The notes beneath the pieces were generated by a model that saw only the letters and a list, made by a program, of their open reading frames with translations, was not told the DNA's origin and made no database searches. Positions 34,401 to 49,400 of a stretch of 64,000 nt of DNA are shown one piece after another. Numbering within the stretch: position 1 is the stretch's first letter; each line of letters starts with the position of its first letter. The position numbers and the translations under genes were made by a program. Source of the stretch: Squalus acanthias (Eukaryota); assembly GCA_030390025.1 (NCBI GenBank), contig CM059433.1, positions 5,704,001 through 5,768,000 on the forward strand, in the 5' to 3' direction.

Positions 34401-37400
34401 CGCCGGAGGAGGAGGGAGTAAATGTTTAAGATGGTGGATGGGGGAGCTGATTAAGCGGCCTGCTTTCCCCTGGATTGTGTCGAGCTTTGTGTGTGTTGTT
34501 GGAGCTGCAACCGTCCAGGCAAGTGGAGAATATTCCATCGCACTCCTGACTTGTGCCTTGTAGGGGGTGGAAAGGCTTTGGGGAGTCAGGAGGTGGTGAG
34601 TCACTTGCGCAGAATACCCAGCATCTGACTAGCTCTTGTAGGCACAGTATTTATTTGGCTGATCTAGTTAAGTTTTTGGTCAATGGTGACCCCCAGGATG
34701 TTGATGGTGGGGAATTCAATGATGGTAATGCCATTGACTGTCATGGGGAGGTGGTTAGACTCTCTCTTGTTGGAGATGGTCATTGTCTGGCACTTGTGTG
34801 TCACAAATGTTACTTGCCACTTATCATCCCCAACCTGCATGTTGTCCAGGTCTTGCTGCACGTGGACACAGACTGCCTCATTGGGCCAAAAATTCGGCAC
34901 TTGCCGGGTGAGTACGCGCTGTGTACTCACCCGTAAGGCCTCCTGAAGTGCCGGTTTCCTGCATGCACTGCGCATGCGCGGGAAACTGGAACTTCCGGTC
35001 TCGTGAAGGGAGGGGTTCAGAGGTGAACCGCGTGCACGGGAGAGGCTGCGCGCACGCAGGGAACTTAGTTTTTTTTTCAGATTTCTCCGGGAAGGTAAGT
35101 ATGGAAGAAGCTGCGCTTTTAAAAAGGAGGCGCAGGGACCCGTTTTTAACAAGGTAAGTGGTTAATTAATTACAATAAAAAAAAATTTCAACAGGTTTAT
35201 CTTTTTTAGATACTTTAAAGAAAGGTAAGTTTATTTTTAGCACTCTTAAAAAGTACTTTAATTTTTTCAAAAATTAAATTTTTGTTTTAAGTAGTTAATT
35301 TATTTAACTTATAGTTATTTTAAAAACGTGATGGTTTTTAAAAAAAATGTATTTGAAGTTTAGGTGTTGTTTTGGGGCCGATTTCAATTCATAGATTTGA
35401 CAGGTCTTGGTTGGCGGACAGAAAGCAGAGAGTAGGAATTAATGGGTCTTTTTCCAAATGGCAAGTAGTGACTAGTGGGGTACCGCAGGGATCGGTCCTT
35501 GGACCCCAGCTATTCACAATATACATTAATGATCTAGATAAGGGAACTAAATGTAATATCTCCAAGTTTGCAGATGACACAAAGCTGGGTGGGAGTGTGT
35601 GCTGCGAGGAGGATACCGAGAAACTCCAGGATGATTTGGACAGGTTGGGTGATTGGGCAGAAGTGTGGCAGATGCAATATAACGTGGATAAATGCGAGGT
35701 TATCCACTTTGGTGTCAAAAACAGAAAGGCAGACTATTATCTGAATGGCAATAGATTGGGAGAAGGGGAAGTGCAACGAGACCTGGGTGTCCTTGTGCAC
35801 CAGTCGCTGAAAGTAAGCATGCAGGTGCAGCAGGCGGTGAAGAAGGCAAATGGTATGTTGGCCTTCATAGCGAAAGGGTTTGAGTATAGGAACAGGGATG
35901 TCCTGCTGCAGTTGTACAGGGCCTTGGTGAGACCACACCTTGAGTACTGTGTGCAGTTTTGGTCGCCTTATCTGAGGAAGGATGTTCTTGCCATGGAAGG
36001 AGTTCAGCGAAGATTCACAAGGCTGATACCTGGGATGGCAGGAATGACATATGAGGAGAGATTGGGTCGATTGGGCTTATACTCGCTGGAGTATAGAAGA
36101 ATGAGAGGGGATCTCATCGAAACATATAAAATTCTGACAGGTCTGGACAAACTAGATGCAGGAAGAATGTTCCCGATGGTCGGAGAGTCCAGAACCAGGG
36201 GTCATAATCTAAGGATAAGGGGTAAGCCATTTAGGACAGAAATGAGGAAGAATTTCTTCACCCAGAGAGTGGTGAACCTGTGGAATTCTCTACCACAGAA
36301 GGTAGTTGAGGCCAAGTCATTAAATATATTCAAGAATGAGTTAGATATATTTCTTAAAGCTAAAGGTATCAAGGGATATGGGGAGAAGGCAGGTACAGGG
36401 TACTGAGTTTGGATGATCAGCCATGATCTCATCGAATGGCGGAGCAGGCTCGAGGGGCCGAATGGCCTACTCCTGCTCCTATCTTCTATGTTTCTATGTT
36501 TCTATGTCTTCACAAAGGAGGACACAAATAACCTCCCAGAGATGTCGGGGAACATAGGGTCTAATGAGAGGGAGGAACTGAATGAAATCAGTATTTGTAG
36601 GGAAATGGTATAAGGGAAATTGACGGGATTGAAGGCCGATAAATCCCCAGGGCCTGATAATCTACATCCTAGGGTACTTAAGGAAGTGGCCCTAGAAATA
36701 GTAGATGCATTGCTGGTCATCTTCCAAACATCTATAGACTCTGGAACAGTTCCCATGGATTGGAGGGTAGCTAATGTAACCCCACTATTTAAAAGAGGTG
36801 GTAGAGAGAAAATGGGGAATTATAGACCGGTAAGCCTGATATCGGTAGTGGGGAAAATGCTCGAGTCCATTATAAAAGATGTAACAGCAGAGCACTTGGA
36901 AAACAGTGACAGGATCGGACAAAGTCAACATGGATTTACAAAAGGTAAATCATGCTTGACTAATCTACAGGGTGTAACTGGTAGAATAGATAAGGGAGAA
37001 CCAGTACACGTGGTGTATTTGGACTTTCAGAAGGCTTTCGATAAGGTCCCGCATAAGAGATTAGCATGCAAAGTTAAAGCACATGGGATTGGTGGGGGTA
37101 AGGTACTGACTTGGATAGAAAACTGGTTGGCAGACAGGAAGCAAAGAGTTGGAATAAACGGGTCTTTTTCCGAGTGGCAGGCAGTGACTAGTGGGGTACC
37201 GCAGGGATCGGTGCTAGGACCCCAGCTATTCACAATATATATTAATGATCTAGACGAGGGAACTAGATGTAATATCTCCAAGTTTGCAGACAACACAAAG
37301 CTGGGTGGGCGTATGTGCTGTGAGGAGGTTGCAGAGAAACTGCAGTATGATTTGGACAGGTTGGGTGATTGGGCAGATGCATGGCAGATGCATGGATAAA

Positions 37401-40400
37401 TGCGAGGATATCCACTTTGGTGGCAAAAACAGGAAGGCACATTATCTGAACGGCAATAGATTGGGAAAAGGGGAAGTGTAACGAGACCTGCGTGTCCTTG
37501 TGCACCAGTCGCTGAAGGTAAGCATGCAGGTGCAGCAGGCGGTTAAGAAGGCAAATGGTATGTTGGCCTTCATAGCGAAAGGGTTTGAGTATAGGAACAG
37601 GGATGTCCTGCTGCAGTTGTACAGGGCCTTGGTGAGACCACACCTTGAGTACTGTGTGCAGTTTTGGTCGCCTTATCTGAGGAAGGATGTTCTTGCCATG
37701 GAAGGAGTTCAGCGAAGATTCACAAGGCTGATACCTGGGATGGCAGGAATGACATATGAGGAGAGATTGGGTCGATTGGGCTTATACTCGCTGGAGTATA
37801 GAAGAATGAGAGGGGATCTCATCGAAACATATAAAATTCTGACAGGTCTGGACAAACTAGATGCAGGAAGAATGTTCCCGATGGTCGGAGAGTCCAGAAC
37901 CAGGGGTCATAATCTAAGGATAAGGGGTAAGCCATTTAGGACAGAAATGAGGAAGAATTTCTTCACCCAGAGAGTGGTGAACCTGTGGAATTCTCTACCA
38001 CAGAAGGTAGTTGAGGCCAAGTCATTAAATATATTCAAGAATGAGTTAGATATATTTCTTAAAGCTAAAGGTATCAAGGGATATGGGGAGAAGGCAGGTA
38101 CAGGGTACTGAGTTTGGATGATCAGCCATGATCTCATCGAATGGCGGAGCAGGCTCGAGGGGCCGAATGGCCTACTCCTGCTCCTATCTTCTATGTTTCT
38201 ATGTTTCTATGTCTTCACAAAGGAGGACACAAATAACCTCCCAGAGATGTCGGGGAACATAGGGTCTAATGAGAGGGAGGAACTGAATGAAATCAGTATT
38301 TGTAGGGAAATGGTATAAGGGAAATTGACGGGATTGAAGGCCGATAAATCCCCAGGGCCTGATAATCTACATCCTAGGGTACTTAAGGAAGTGGCCCTAG
38401 AAATAGTAGATGCATTGCTGGTCATCTTCCAAACATCTATAGACTCTGGAACAGTTCCCATGGATTGGAGGGTAGCTAATGTAACCCCACTATTTAAAAG
38501 AGGTGGTAGAGAGAAAATGGGGAATTATAGACCAGTAAGCCTGACATCGGTAGTGGGGAAAATGCTCGAGTCCATTATAAAAGATGTAATAGCAGAGCAC
38601 TTGGAAAACAGTGACAGGATCGGACAAAGTCAACATGGATTTACAAAAGGTAAATCATGCTTGACTAATCTACAGGGTGTAACTGGTAGAATAGATAAGG
38701 GAGAACCAGTACACGTGGTGTATTTGGACTTTCAGAAGGCTTTCGATAAGGTCCCGCATAAGAGATTAGCATGCAAAGTTAAAGCACATGGGATTGGTGG
38801 GGGTAAGGTACTGACTTGGATAGAGAACTGGTTGGCAGACAGGAAGCAAAGAGTTGGAATAAACGGGTCTTTTTCCGAGTGGCAGGCAGTGACTAGTGGG
38901 GTACCGCAGGGATCGGTGCTAGGACCCCAGCTATTCACAATATATATTAATGATCTAGACGAGGGAACTAGATGTAATATCTCCAAGTTTGCAGACAACA
39001 CAAAGCTGGGTGGGCGTATGTGCTGTGAGGAGGTTGCAGAGAAACTGCAGTATGATTTGGACAGGTTGGGTGATTGGGCAGATGCATGGCAGATGCATGG
39101 ATAAATGCGAGGATATCCACTTTGGTGGCAAAAACAGGAAGGCACATTATCTGAACGGCAATAGATTGGGAAAAGGGGAAGTGTAACGAGACCTGCGTGT
39201 CCTTGTGCACCAGTCGCTGAAGGTAAGCATGCAGGTGCAGCAGGCGGTTAAGAAGGCAAATGGTATGTTGGCCTTCATAGCGAGAGGATTCGAGTACAGG
39301 AGCAAGGATGTCTTGCTGCAGTTGTACAGGGCCTTGGTGAGACCACACCTTGAGTATTGTGTGCAGTTTTGGTCGCCTTATCTGAGGAAGGATGCTCTTG
39401 CCATGGAGGGAGTGCAGCGAAGATTCACCAGACTGATACCTGGGATGGCAGGAATGACGTATGAAGAGAGATTGGGTCGATTAGGCTTATATTCGCTAGA
39501 GTTTAGAAGAATGAGAGGGGATCTCATTGAAACTTATAAAATTCTAACAGGACTAGACAGACTAGATGCAGGAAGGCTGTTCCCGATGGCGGGGGAGTCC
39601 AGAACCAAGGGTCACAGTCTAAGGATAAGGGGTAAGCCATTTAGGACTGAGAGGAGGAGGAATTTCTTCACCCAGAGAGTGGTGAACCTGTGGAATTCTC
39701 TACCACAGAAGGCAGTTGAGGCCAATTCATTAAATATCTTCAAGAAGGAGTTAGATATATTTCTTAAGGCTAAGGGGATCAAGGGATATGGGGAGAAAGC
39801 AGGGACAGGGTACTGAATTTGGATGATCAGCCATGATCACGTTGAATGGCGGAGCAGGCTCGAGGGGCCGAATGGCCTACTCCTGCTCCTATCTTCTATG
39901 TTTCTATGTTTCTATGACAGTCACTCTCACCTCACCTCTGGAATTCAGCTCTTTTGTCCATGTTTGGACCAAGGCTGTAATGCGGTCAGGAGCCAAGTGG
40001 TCCTGACGGAAACCAAACTGGTCATCGGTGAGCTGGTTATTTGTGCCTTTGTTAGTGCCGCTTGATAGCATTGTCGATGACAGCTTCCATCACTTTGCTG
40101 ATGATGGAGAGATGGCTGATGGGATGGTAACGGGCTGTCGGATTAGTCCAGCTTTTTGTGGACTGTACATACCTGGCCAATTTACCACTTTGTCGGGGAG
40201 ATGCCAGTACGGGAGCAGCTTGGATAGTGTTGCAGCTAGTTCTGGACACAGGTCTTCAGCACTGCAGCCGCGATGTTGTCAGAACCCATAGCCTTTGCTG
40301 TATCCAGTGCGCTGTACCGTTCTTGATATCACGTGGAGTGAAGTGAATTAGCTGAAGACTGGCTTCTGTGAGGGTGGGACCTCAGGAGCAGGCTGAGATC

Positions 40401-43400
40401 ATCATCCCCTTGGCACTTGTGACTGAAGATGGTTGCGAAGGCTTCAGCCTTGTCTTTTTCACTCAGGTGCTGTGCTCCGCCATCATTGAGGATGTGGATG
40501 TTCAAGGAGCCTCCTCCTCCCGTTAGTTGTTTAATTGTCCATCACCATTCCCGACTGGATGTGACAGGACTGCAGAGCTTTGCTCTGATCCATTGGGTGT
40601 GGGATCGCTTAGCTCTGTCTATAGCACGCTGCCTCCGCTGTTTAACATGCATATAGTCCTGTGTTGTAGCTTCACCAAGTTGGTTTCTGATTTTCTGATA
40701 CACCTGGTGCAGCTCCTGGAATGCTCTTCAACACTCCTTATTGAACCAGGGCTGGTTTGATGGTAATGGTAGAATGAGGGATATGCCGGGCCATGAGTTT
40801 ACAGATTATGGTGGAATACAATTCTGTTGCTGCTGATGGCCCACAGCGCCTCATGGATGCCCAGCTTTGAGCTGCTAGATGTGTTCTTAATCTATCCCAT
40901 TTAGCACAGTGGTAGGGCACACAACACGATGAAGGGGTGTCCTCAGTGACTCGGTAGTACCATGATTGACCAAGCTGGCTGAGTCCTGAAGGACATAGCA
41001 GCCAGACTGACTCACGGCAGGTGGTGAGAGAACAAACACGAGCCTCTACCGAGCAACACTTGGTGATGGACATTGAAGTCCCCCACCCAGAGTACATTCT
41101 GTGCACCAGCAGCCACAGTGCGCCGGAGGAGGAGGGAGTAAATGTTTAAGATGGTGGATGGGGGAGCTGATTAAGCGGCCTGCTTTCCCCTGGATTGTGT
41201 CGAGCTTTGTGTGTGTTGTTGGAGCTGCAACCGTCCAGGGAAGTGGAGAATATTCCATCGCACTCCTGACTTGTGCCTTGTAGGGGGTGGAAAGGCTTTG
41301 GGGAGTCAGGAGCTGGTGAGTCACTTGCGCCAAAATACCCAGCATCTGACTAGCTCTTGTAGGCACAGTATTTATTTGGCTGATCTAGTTAAGTTTTTGG
41401 TCAATGGTGACCCCCAGGATGTTGATGGTGGGGAATTCAATGATGGTAATGCCATTGACTGTCATGGGGAGGTGGTTAGACTCTCTCTTGTTGGAGATGG
41501 TCATTGTCTGGCACTTGTGTGTCACAAATGTTACTTGCCACTTATCATCCCCAACCTGCATGTTGTCCAGGTCTTGCTGCACGTGGACACAGACTGCCTC
41601 ATTGGGCCAAAAATTCGGCACTTGCCGGGTGAGTACGCGCTGTGTACTCACCCGTAAGGCCTCCTGAAGTGCCGGTTTCCTGCATGCACTGCGCATGCGC
41701 GGGAAACTGGAACTTCCGGTCTCGTGAAGGGAGGGGTTCAGAGGTGAACCGCGTGCACGGGAGAGGCTGCGCGCACGCAGGGAACTTAGTTTTTTTTTCA
41801 GATTTCTCCGGGAAGGTAAGTATGGAAGAAGCTGCGCTTTTAAAAAGGAGGCGCGGGACCCGTTTTTAACAAGGTAAGTGGTTAATTAATTACAATTAAA
41901 AAAAAATTTCAACAGGTTTATCTTTTTTAGATACTTTAAAGAAAGGTAAGTTTATTTTTAGCACTCTTAAAAAGTACTTTAATTTTTTCAAAAATTAAAA
42001 TTTTTGTTTTAAGTAGTTAATTTATTTAACTTATAGTTATTTTAAAAATGTGATGGTTTTTTAAAAAATGTATTTGAAGTTTAGGTGTTGTTTTGGGGCC
42101 GATTTCAATTCATAGATTTGACAGGTCTTGGTTGGCGGACAGAAAGCAGAGAGTAGGAATTAATGGGTCTTTTTCCAAATGGCAAGTAGTGACTAGTGGG
42201 GTACCGCAGGGATCGGTCCTTGGACCCCAGCTATTCACAATATACATTAATGATCTAGATAAGGGAACTAAATGTAATATCTCCAAGTTTGCAGATGACA
42301 CAAAGCTGGGTGGGAGTGTGTGCTGCGAGGAGGATACCGAGAAACTCCAGGATGATTTGGACAGGTTGGGTGATTGGGCAGAAGTGTGGCAGATGCAATA
42401 TAACGTGGATAAATGCGAGGTTATCCACTTTGGTGTCAAAAACAGAAAGGCAGACTATTATCTGAATGGCAATAGATTGGGAGAAGGGGAAGTGCAACGA
42501 GACCTGGGTGTCCTTGTGCACCAGTCGCTGAAAGTAAGCATGCAGGTGCAGCAGGCGGTGAAGAAGGCAAATGGTATGTTGGCCTTCATAGCGAAAGGGT
42601 TTGAGTATAGGAACAGGGATGTCCTGCTGCAGTTGTACAGGGCCTTGGTGAGACCACACCTTGAGTACTGTGTGCAGTTTTGGTCGCCTTATCTGAGGAA
42701 GGATGTTCTTGCCATGGAAGGAGTTCAGCGAAGATTCACAAGGCTGATACCTGGGATGGCAGGAATGACATATGAGGAGAGATTGGGTCGATTGGGCTTA
42801 TACTCGCTGGAGTATAGAAGAATGAGAGGGGATCTCATCGAAACATATAAAATTCTGACAGGTCTGGACAAACTAGATGCAGGAAGAATGTTCCCGATGG
42901 TCGGAGAGTCCAGAACCAGGGGTCATAATCTAAGGATAAGGGGTAAGCCATTTAGGACAGAAATGAGGAAGAATTTCTTCACCCAGAGAGTGGTGAACCT
43001 GTGGAATTCTCTACCACAGAAGGTAGTTGAGGCCAAGTCATTAAATATATTCAAGAATGAGTTAGATATATTTCTTAAAGCTAAAGGTATCAAGGGATAT
43101 GGGGAGAAGGCAGGTACAGGGTACTGAGTTTGGATGATCAGCCATGATCTCATCGAATGGCGGAGCAGGCTCGAGGGGCCGAATGGCCTACTCCTGCTCC
43201 TATCTTCTATGTTTCTATGTTTCTATGTCTTCACAAAGGAGGACACAAATAACCTCCCAGAGATGTCGGGGAACATAGGGTCTAATGAGAGGGAGGAACT
43301 GAATGAAATCAGTATTTGTAGGGAAATGGTATAAGGGAAATTGACGGGATTGAAGGCCGATAAATCCCCAGGGCCTGATAATCTACATCCTAGGGTACTT

Positions 43401-46400
43401 AAGGAAGTGGCCCTAGAAATAGTAGATGCATTGCTGGTCATCTTCCAAACATCTATAGACTCTGGAACAGTTCCCATGGATTGGAGGGTAGCTAATGTAA
43501 CCCCACTATTTAAAAGAGGTGGTAGAGAGAAAATGGGGAATTATAGACCAGTAAGCCTGACATCGGTAGTGGGGAAAATGCTCGAGTCCATTATAAAAGA
43601 TGTAATAGCAGAGCACTTGGAAAACAGTGACAGGATCGGACAAAGTCAACATGGATTTACAAAAGGTAAATCATGCTTGACTAATCTACAGGGTGTAACT
43701 GGTAGAATAGATAAGGGAGAACCAGTACACGTGGTGTATTTGGACTTTCAGAAGGCTTTCGATAAGGTCCCGCATAAGAGATTAGCATGCAAAGTTAAAG
43801 CACATGGGATTGGTGGGGGTAAGGTACTGACTTGGATAGAGAACTGGTTGGCAGACAGGAAGCAAAGAGTTGGAATAAACGGGTCTTTTTCCGAGTGGCA
43901 GGCAGTGACTAGTGGGGTACCGCAGGGATCGGTGCTAGGACCCCAGCTATTCACAATATATATTAATGATCTAGACGAGGGAACTAGATGTAATATCTCC
44001 AAGTTTGCAGACAACACAAAGCTGGGTGGGCGTATGTGCTGTGAGGAGGTTGCAGAGAAACTGCAGTATGATTTGGACAGGTTGGGTGATTGGGCAGATG
44101 CATGGCAGATGCATGGATAAATGCGAGGATATCCACTTTGGTGGCAAAAACAGGAAGGCACATTATCTGAACGGCAATAGATTGGGAAAAGGGGAAGTGT
44201 AACGAGACCTGCGTGTCCTTGTGCACCAGTCGCTGAAGGTAAGCATGCAGGTGCAGCAGGCGGTTAAGAAGGCAAATGGTATGTTGGCCTTCATAGCGAG
44301 AGGATTCGAGTACAGGAGCAAGGATGTCTTGCTGCAGTTGTATAGGGCCTTGGTGAGACCACACCTTGAGTATTGTGTGCAGTTTTGGCCGCCTTATCTG
44401 AGGAAGGATGCTCTTGCCATGGAGTGAGTGCAGCGAAGATTCACCAGACTGATACCTGGGATGGCAGGAATGACGTATGAAGAGAGATTGGGTCGATTAG
44501 GCTTATATTTGCTAGAGTTTAGAAGAATGAGAGGGGATCTCATTGAAACTTATAAAATTCTAACAGGACTAGACAGACTAGATGCAGGAAGGCTGTTCCC
44601 GATGGCGGGGGAGTCCAGAACCAAGGGTCACAGTCTAAGGATAAGGGGTAAGCCATTTAGGACTGAGAGGAGGAGGAATTTCTTCACCCAGAGAGTGGTG
44701 AACCTGTGGAATTCTCCACCACAGAAGGCAGTTGAGGCCAATTCATTAAATATCTTCAAGAAGGAGTTAGATATATTTCTTAAGGCTAAGGGGATCAAGG
44801 GATATGGGGAGAAAGCAGGGACAGGGTACTGAATTTGGATGATCAGCCATGATCACATTGAATGGCGGAGCAGGCTCGAGGGGCCGAATGGCCTACTCCT
44901 GCTCCTATCTTCTATGTTTCTATGTTTCTATGACAGTCACTCTCACCTCACCTCTGGAATTCAGCTCTTTTGTCCATGTTTGGACCAAGGCTGTAATGCG
45001 GTCAGGAGCCAAGTGGTCCTGACGGAAACCAAACTGGTCATCGGTGAGCTGGTTATTTGTGCCTTTGTTAGTGCCGCTTGATAGCATTGTCGATGACAGC
45101 TTCCATCACTTTGCTGATGATGGAGAGATGGCTGATGGGATGGTAACGGGCTGTCGGATTAGTCCAGCTTTTTGTGGACTGTACATACCTGGCCAATTTA
45201 CCACTTTGTCGGGGAGATGCCAGTACGGGAGCAGCTTGGATAGTGTTGCAGCTAGTTCTGGACACAGGTCTTCAGCACTGCAGCCGCGATGTTGTCAGAA
45301 CCCATAGCCTTTGCTGTATCCAGTGCGCTGTACCGTTCTTGATATCACGTGGAGTGAAGTGAATTAGCTGAAGACTGGCTTCTGTGAGGGTGGGACCTCA
45401 GGAGCAGGCTGAGATCATCATCCCCTTGGCACTTGTGACTGAAGATGGTTGCGAAGGCTTCAGCCTTGTCTTTTTCACTCAGGTGCTGTGCTCCGCCATC
45501 ATTGAGGATGTGGATGTTCAAGGAGCCTCCTCCTCCCGTTAGTTGTTTAATTGTCCATCACCATTCCCGACTGGATGTGACAGGACTGCAGAGCTTTGCT
45601 CTGATCCATTGGGTGTGGGATCGCTTAGCTCTGTCTATCGCACGCTGCCTCCGCTGTTTAACATGCATATAGTCCTGTGTTGTAGCTTCACCAAGTTGGT
45701 TTCTGATTTTCTGATACACCTGGTGCAGCTCCTGGAATGCTCTTCAACACTCCTTATTGAACCAGGGCTGGTTTGATGGTAATGGTAGAATGAGGGATAT
45801 GCCGGGCCATGAGTTTACAGATTATGGTGGAATACAATTCTGTTGCTGCTGATGGCCCACAGCGCCTCATGGATGCCCAGCTTTGAGCTGCTAGATGTGT
45901 TCTTAATCTATCCCATTTAGCACAGTGGTAGGGCACACAACACGATGAAGGGGTGTCCTCAGTGACTCGGTAGTACCATGATTGACCAAGCTGGCTGAGT
46001 CCTGAAGGACATAGCAGCCAGACTGACTCACGGCAGGTGGTGAGAGAACAAACACGAGCCTCTACCGAGCAACACTTGGTGATGGACATTGAAGTCCCCC
46101 ACCCAGAGTACATTCTGTGCACCAGCAGCCACAGTGCGCCGGAGGAGGAGGGAGTAAATGTTTAAGATGGTGGATGGGGGAGCTGATTAAGCGGCCTGCT
46201 TTCCCCTGGATTGTGTCGAGCTGTGTGTGTGTTGTTGGAGCTGCAACCGTCCAGGGAAGTGGAGAATATTCCATCGCACTCCTGACTTGTGCCTTGTAGG
46301 GGGTGGAAAGGCTTTGGGGAGTCAGGAGCTGGTGAGTCACTTGCGCCAAAATACCCAGCATCTGACTAGCTCTTGTAGGCACAGTATTTATTTGGCTGAT

Positions 46401-49400
46401 CTAGTTAAGTTTTTGGTCAATGGTGACCCCCAGGATGTTGATGGTGGGGAATTCAATGATGGTAATGCCATTGACTGTCATGGGGAGGTGGTTAGACTCT
46501 CTCTTGTTGGAGATGGTCATTGTCTGGCACTTGTGTGTCACAAATGTTACTTGCCACTTATCATCCCCAACCTGCATGTTGTCCAGGTCTTGCTGCACGT
46601 GGACACAGACTGCCTCATTGGGCCAAAAATTCGGCACTTGCCGGGTGAGTACGCGCTGTGTACTCACCCGTAAGGCCTCCTGAAGTGCCGGTTTCCTGCA
46701 TGCACTGCGCATGCGCGGGAAACTGGAACTTCCGGTCTCGTGAAGGGAGGGGTTCAGAGGTGAACCGCGTGCACGGGAGAGGCTGCGCGCACGCAGGGAA
46801 CTTAGTTTTTTTTTCAGATTTCTCCGGGAAGGTAAGTATGGAAGAAGCTGCGCTTTTAAAAAGGAGGCGCGGGACCCGTTTTTAACAAGGTAAGTGGTTA
46901 ATTAATTACAATTAAAAAAAATTTTCAACAGGTTTATCTTTTTTAGATACTTTAAAGAAAGGTAAGTTTATTTTTAGCACTCTTAAAAAGTACTTTAATT
47001 TTTTCAAAAATTAATTTTTGTTTTAAGTAGTTAATTTATTTAACTTATAGTTATTTTAAAAATGTGATGGTTTTTTAAAAAATGTATTTGAAGTTTAGGT
47101 GTTGTTTTGGGGCCGATTTCAATTCATAGATTTGACAGGTCTTGGTTGGCGGACAGAAAGCAGAGAGTAGGAATTAATGGGTCTTTTTCCAAATGGCAAG
47201 TAGTGACTAGTGGGGTACCGCAGGGATCGGTCCTTGGACCCCAGCTATTCACAATATACATTAATGATCTAGATAAGGGAACTAAATGTAATATCTCCAA
47301 GTTTGCAGATGACACAAAGCTGGGTGGGAGTGTGTGCTGCGAGGAGGATACCGAGAAACTCCAGGATGATTTGGACAGGTTGGGTGATTGGGCAGAAGTG
47401 TGGCAGATGCAATATAACGTGGATAAATGCGAGGTTATCCACTTTGGTGTCAAAAACAGAAAGGCAGACTATTATCTGAATGGCAATAGATTGGGAGAAG
47501 GGGAAGTGCAACGAGACCTGGGTGTCCTTGTGCACCAGTCGCTGAAAGTAAGCATGCAGGTGCAGCAGGCGGTGAAGAAGGCAAATGGTATGTTGGCCTT
47601 CATAGCGAAAGGGTTTGAGTATAGGAACAGGGATGTCCTGCTGCAGTTGTACAGGGCCTTGGTGAGACCACACCTTGAGTACTGTGTGCAGTTTTGGTCG
47701 CCTTATCTGAGGAAGGATGTTCTTGCCATGGAAGGAGTTCAGCGAAGATTCACAAGGCTGATACCTGGGATGGCAGGAATGACATATGAGGAGAGATTGG
47801 GTCGATTGGGCTTATACTCGCTGGAGTATAGAAGAATGAGAGGGGATCTCATCGAAACATATAAAATTCTGACAGGTCTGGACAAACTAGATGCAGGAAG
47901 AATGTTCCCGATGGTCGGAGAGTCCAGAACCAGGGGTCATAATCTAAGGATAAGGGGTAAGCCATTTAGGACAGAAATGAGGAAGAATTTCTTCACCCAG
48001 AGAGTGGTGAACCTGTGGAATTCTCTACCACAGAAGGTAGTTGAGGCCAAGTCATTAAATATATTCAAGAATGAGTTAGATATATTTCTTAAAGCTAAAG
48101 GTATCAAGGGATATGGGGAGAAGGCAGGTACAGGGTACTGAGTTTGGATGATCAGCCATGATCTCATCGAATGGCGGAGCAGGCTCGAGGGGCCGAATGG
48201 CCTACTCCTGCTCCTATCTTCTATGTTTCTATGTTTCTATGTCTTCACAAAGGAGGACACAAATAACCTCCCAGTGATGTCGGGGAACATAGGGTCTAAT
48301 GAGAGGGAGGAACTGAATGAAATCAGTATTTGTAGGGAAATGGTATAAGGGAAATTGACGGGATTGAAGGCCGATAAATCCCCAGGGCCTGATAATCTAC
48401 ATCTTAGGGTACTTAAGGAAGTGGCCCTAGAAATAGTAGATGCATTGCTGGTCATCTTCCAAACATCTATAGACTCTGGAACAGTTCCCATGGATTGGAG
48501 GGTAGCTAATGTAACCCCACTATTTAAAAGAGGTGGTAGAGAGAAAATGGGGAATTATAGACTGGTAAGCCTGATATCGGTAGTGGGGAAAATGCTCGAG
48601 TCCATTATAAAAGATGTAATAGCAGAGCACTTGGAAAACAGTGACAGGATCGGACAAAGTCAACATGGATTTACAAAAGGTAAATCATGCTTGACTAATC
48701 TACAGGGTGTAACTGGTAGAATAGATAAGGGAGAACCAGTACACGTGGTGTATTTGGACTTTCAATAGGCTTTCGATAAGGTCCCGCATAAGAGATTTGC
48801 GTGCAAAGTTAAAGCACATGGGATTGGTGGGGGTAAGGTACTGACTTGGATAGAGAACTGGTTGGCAGACAGGAAGCAAAGAGTTGGAATAAACGGGTCT
48901 TTTTCCGAGTGGCAGGCAGTGACTAGTGGGGTACCGCAGGGATCGGTGCTAGGACCCCAGCTATTCACAATATATATTAATGATCTAGACGAGGGAACTA
49001 GATGTAATATCTCCAAGTTTGCAGACAACACAAAGCTGGGTGGGCGTATGTGCTGTGAGGAGGTTGCAGAGAAACTGCAGTATGATTTGGACAGGTTGGG
49101 TGATTGGGCAGATGCATGGCAGATGCATGGATAAATGCGAGGATATCCACTTTGGTGGCAAAAACAGGAAGGCACATTATCTGAACGGCAATAGATTGGG
49201 AAAAGGGGAAGTGTAACGAGACCTGCGTGTCCTTGTGCACCAGTCGCTGAAGGTAAGCATGCAGGTGCAGCAGGCGGTTAAGAAGGCAAATGGTATGTTG
49301 GCCTTCATAGCGAGAGGATTCGAGTACAGGAGCAAGGATGTCTTGCTGCAGTTGTACAGGGCCTTGGTGAGACCACACCTTGAGTATTGTGTGCAGTTTT

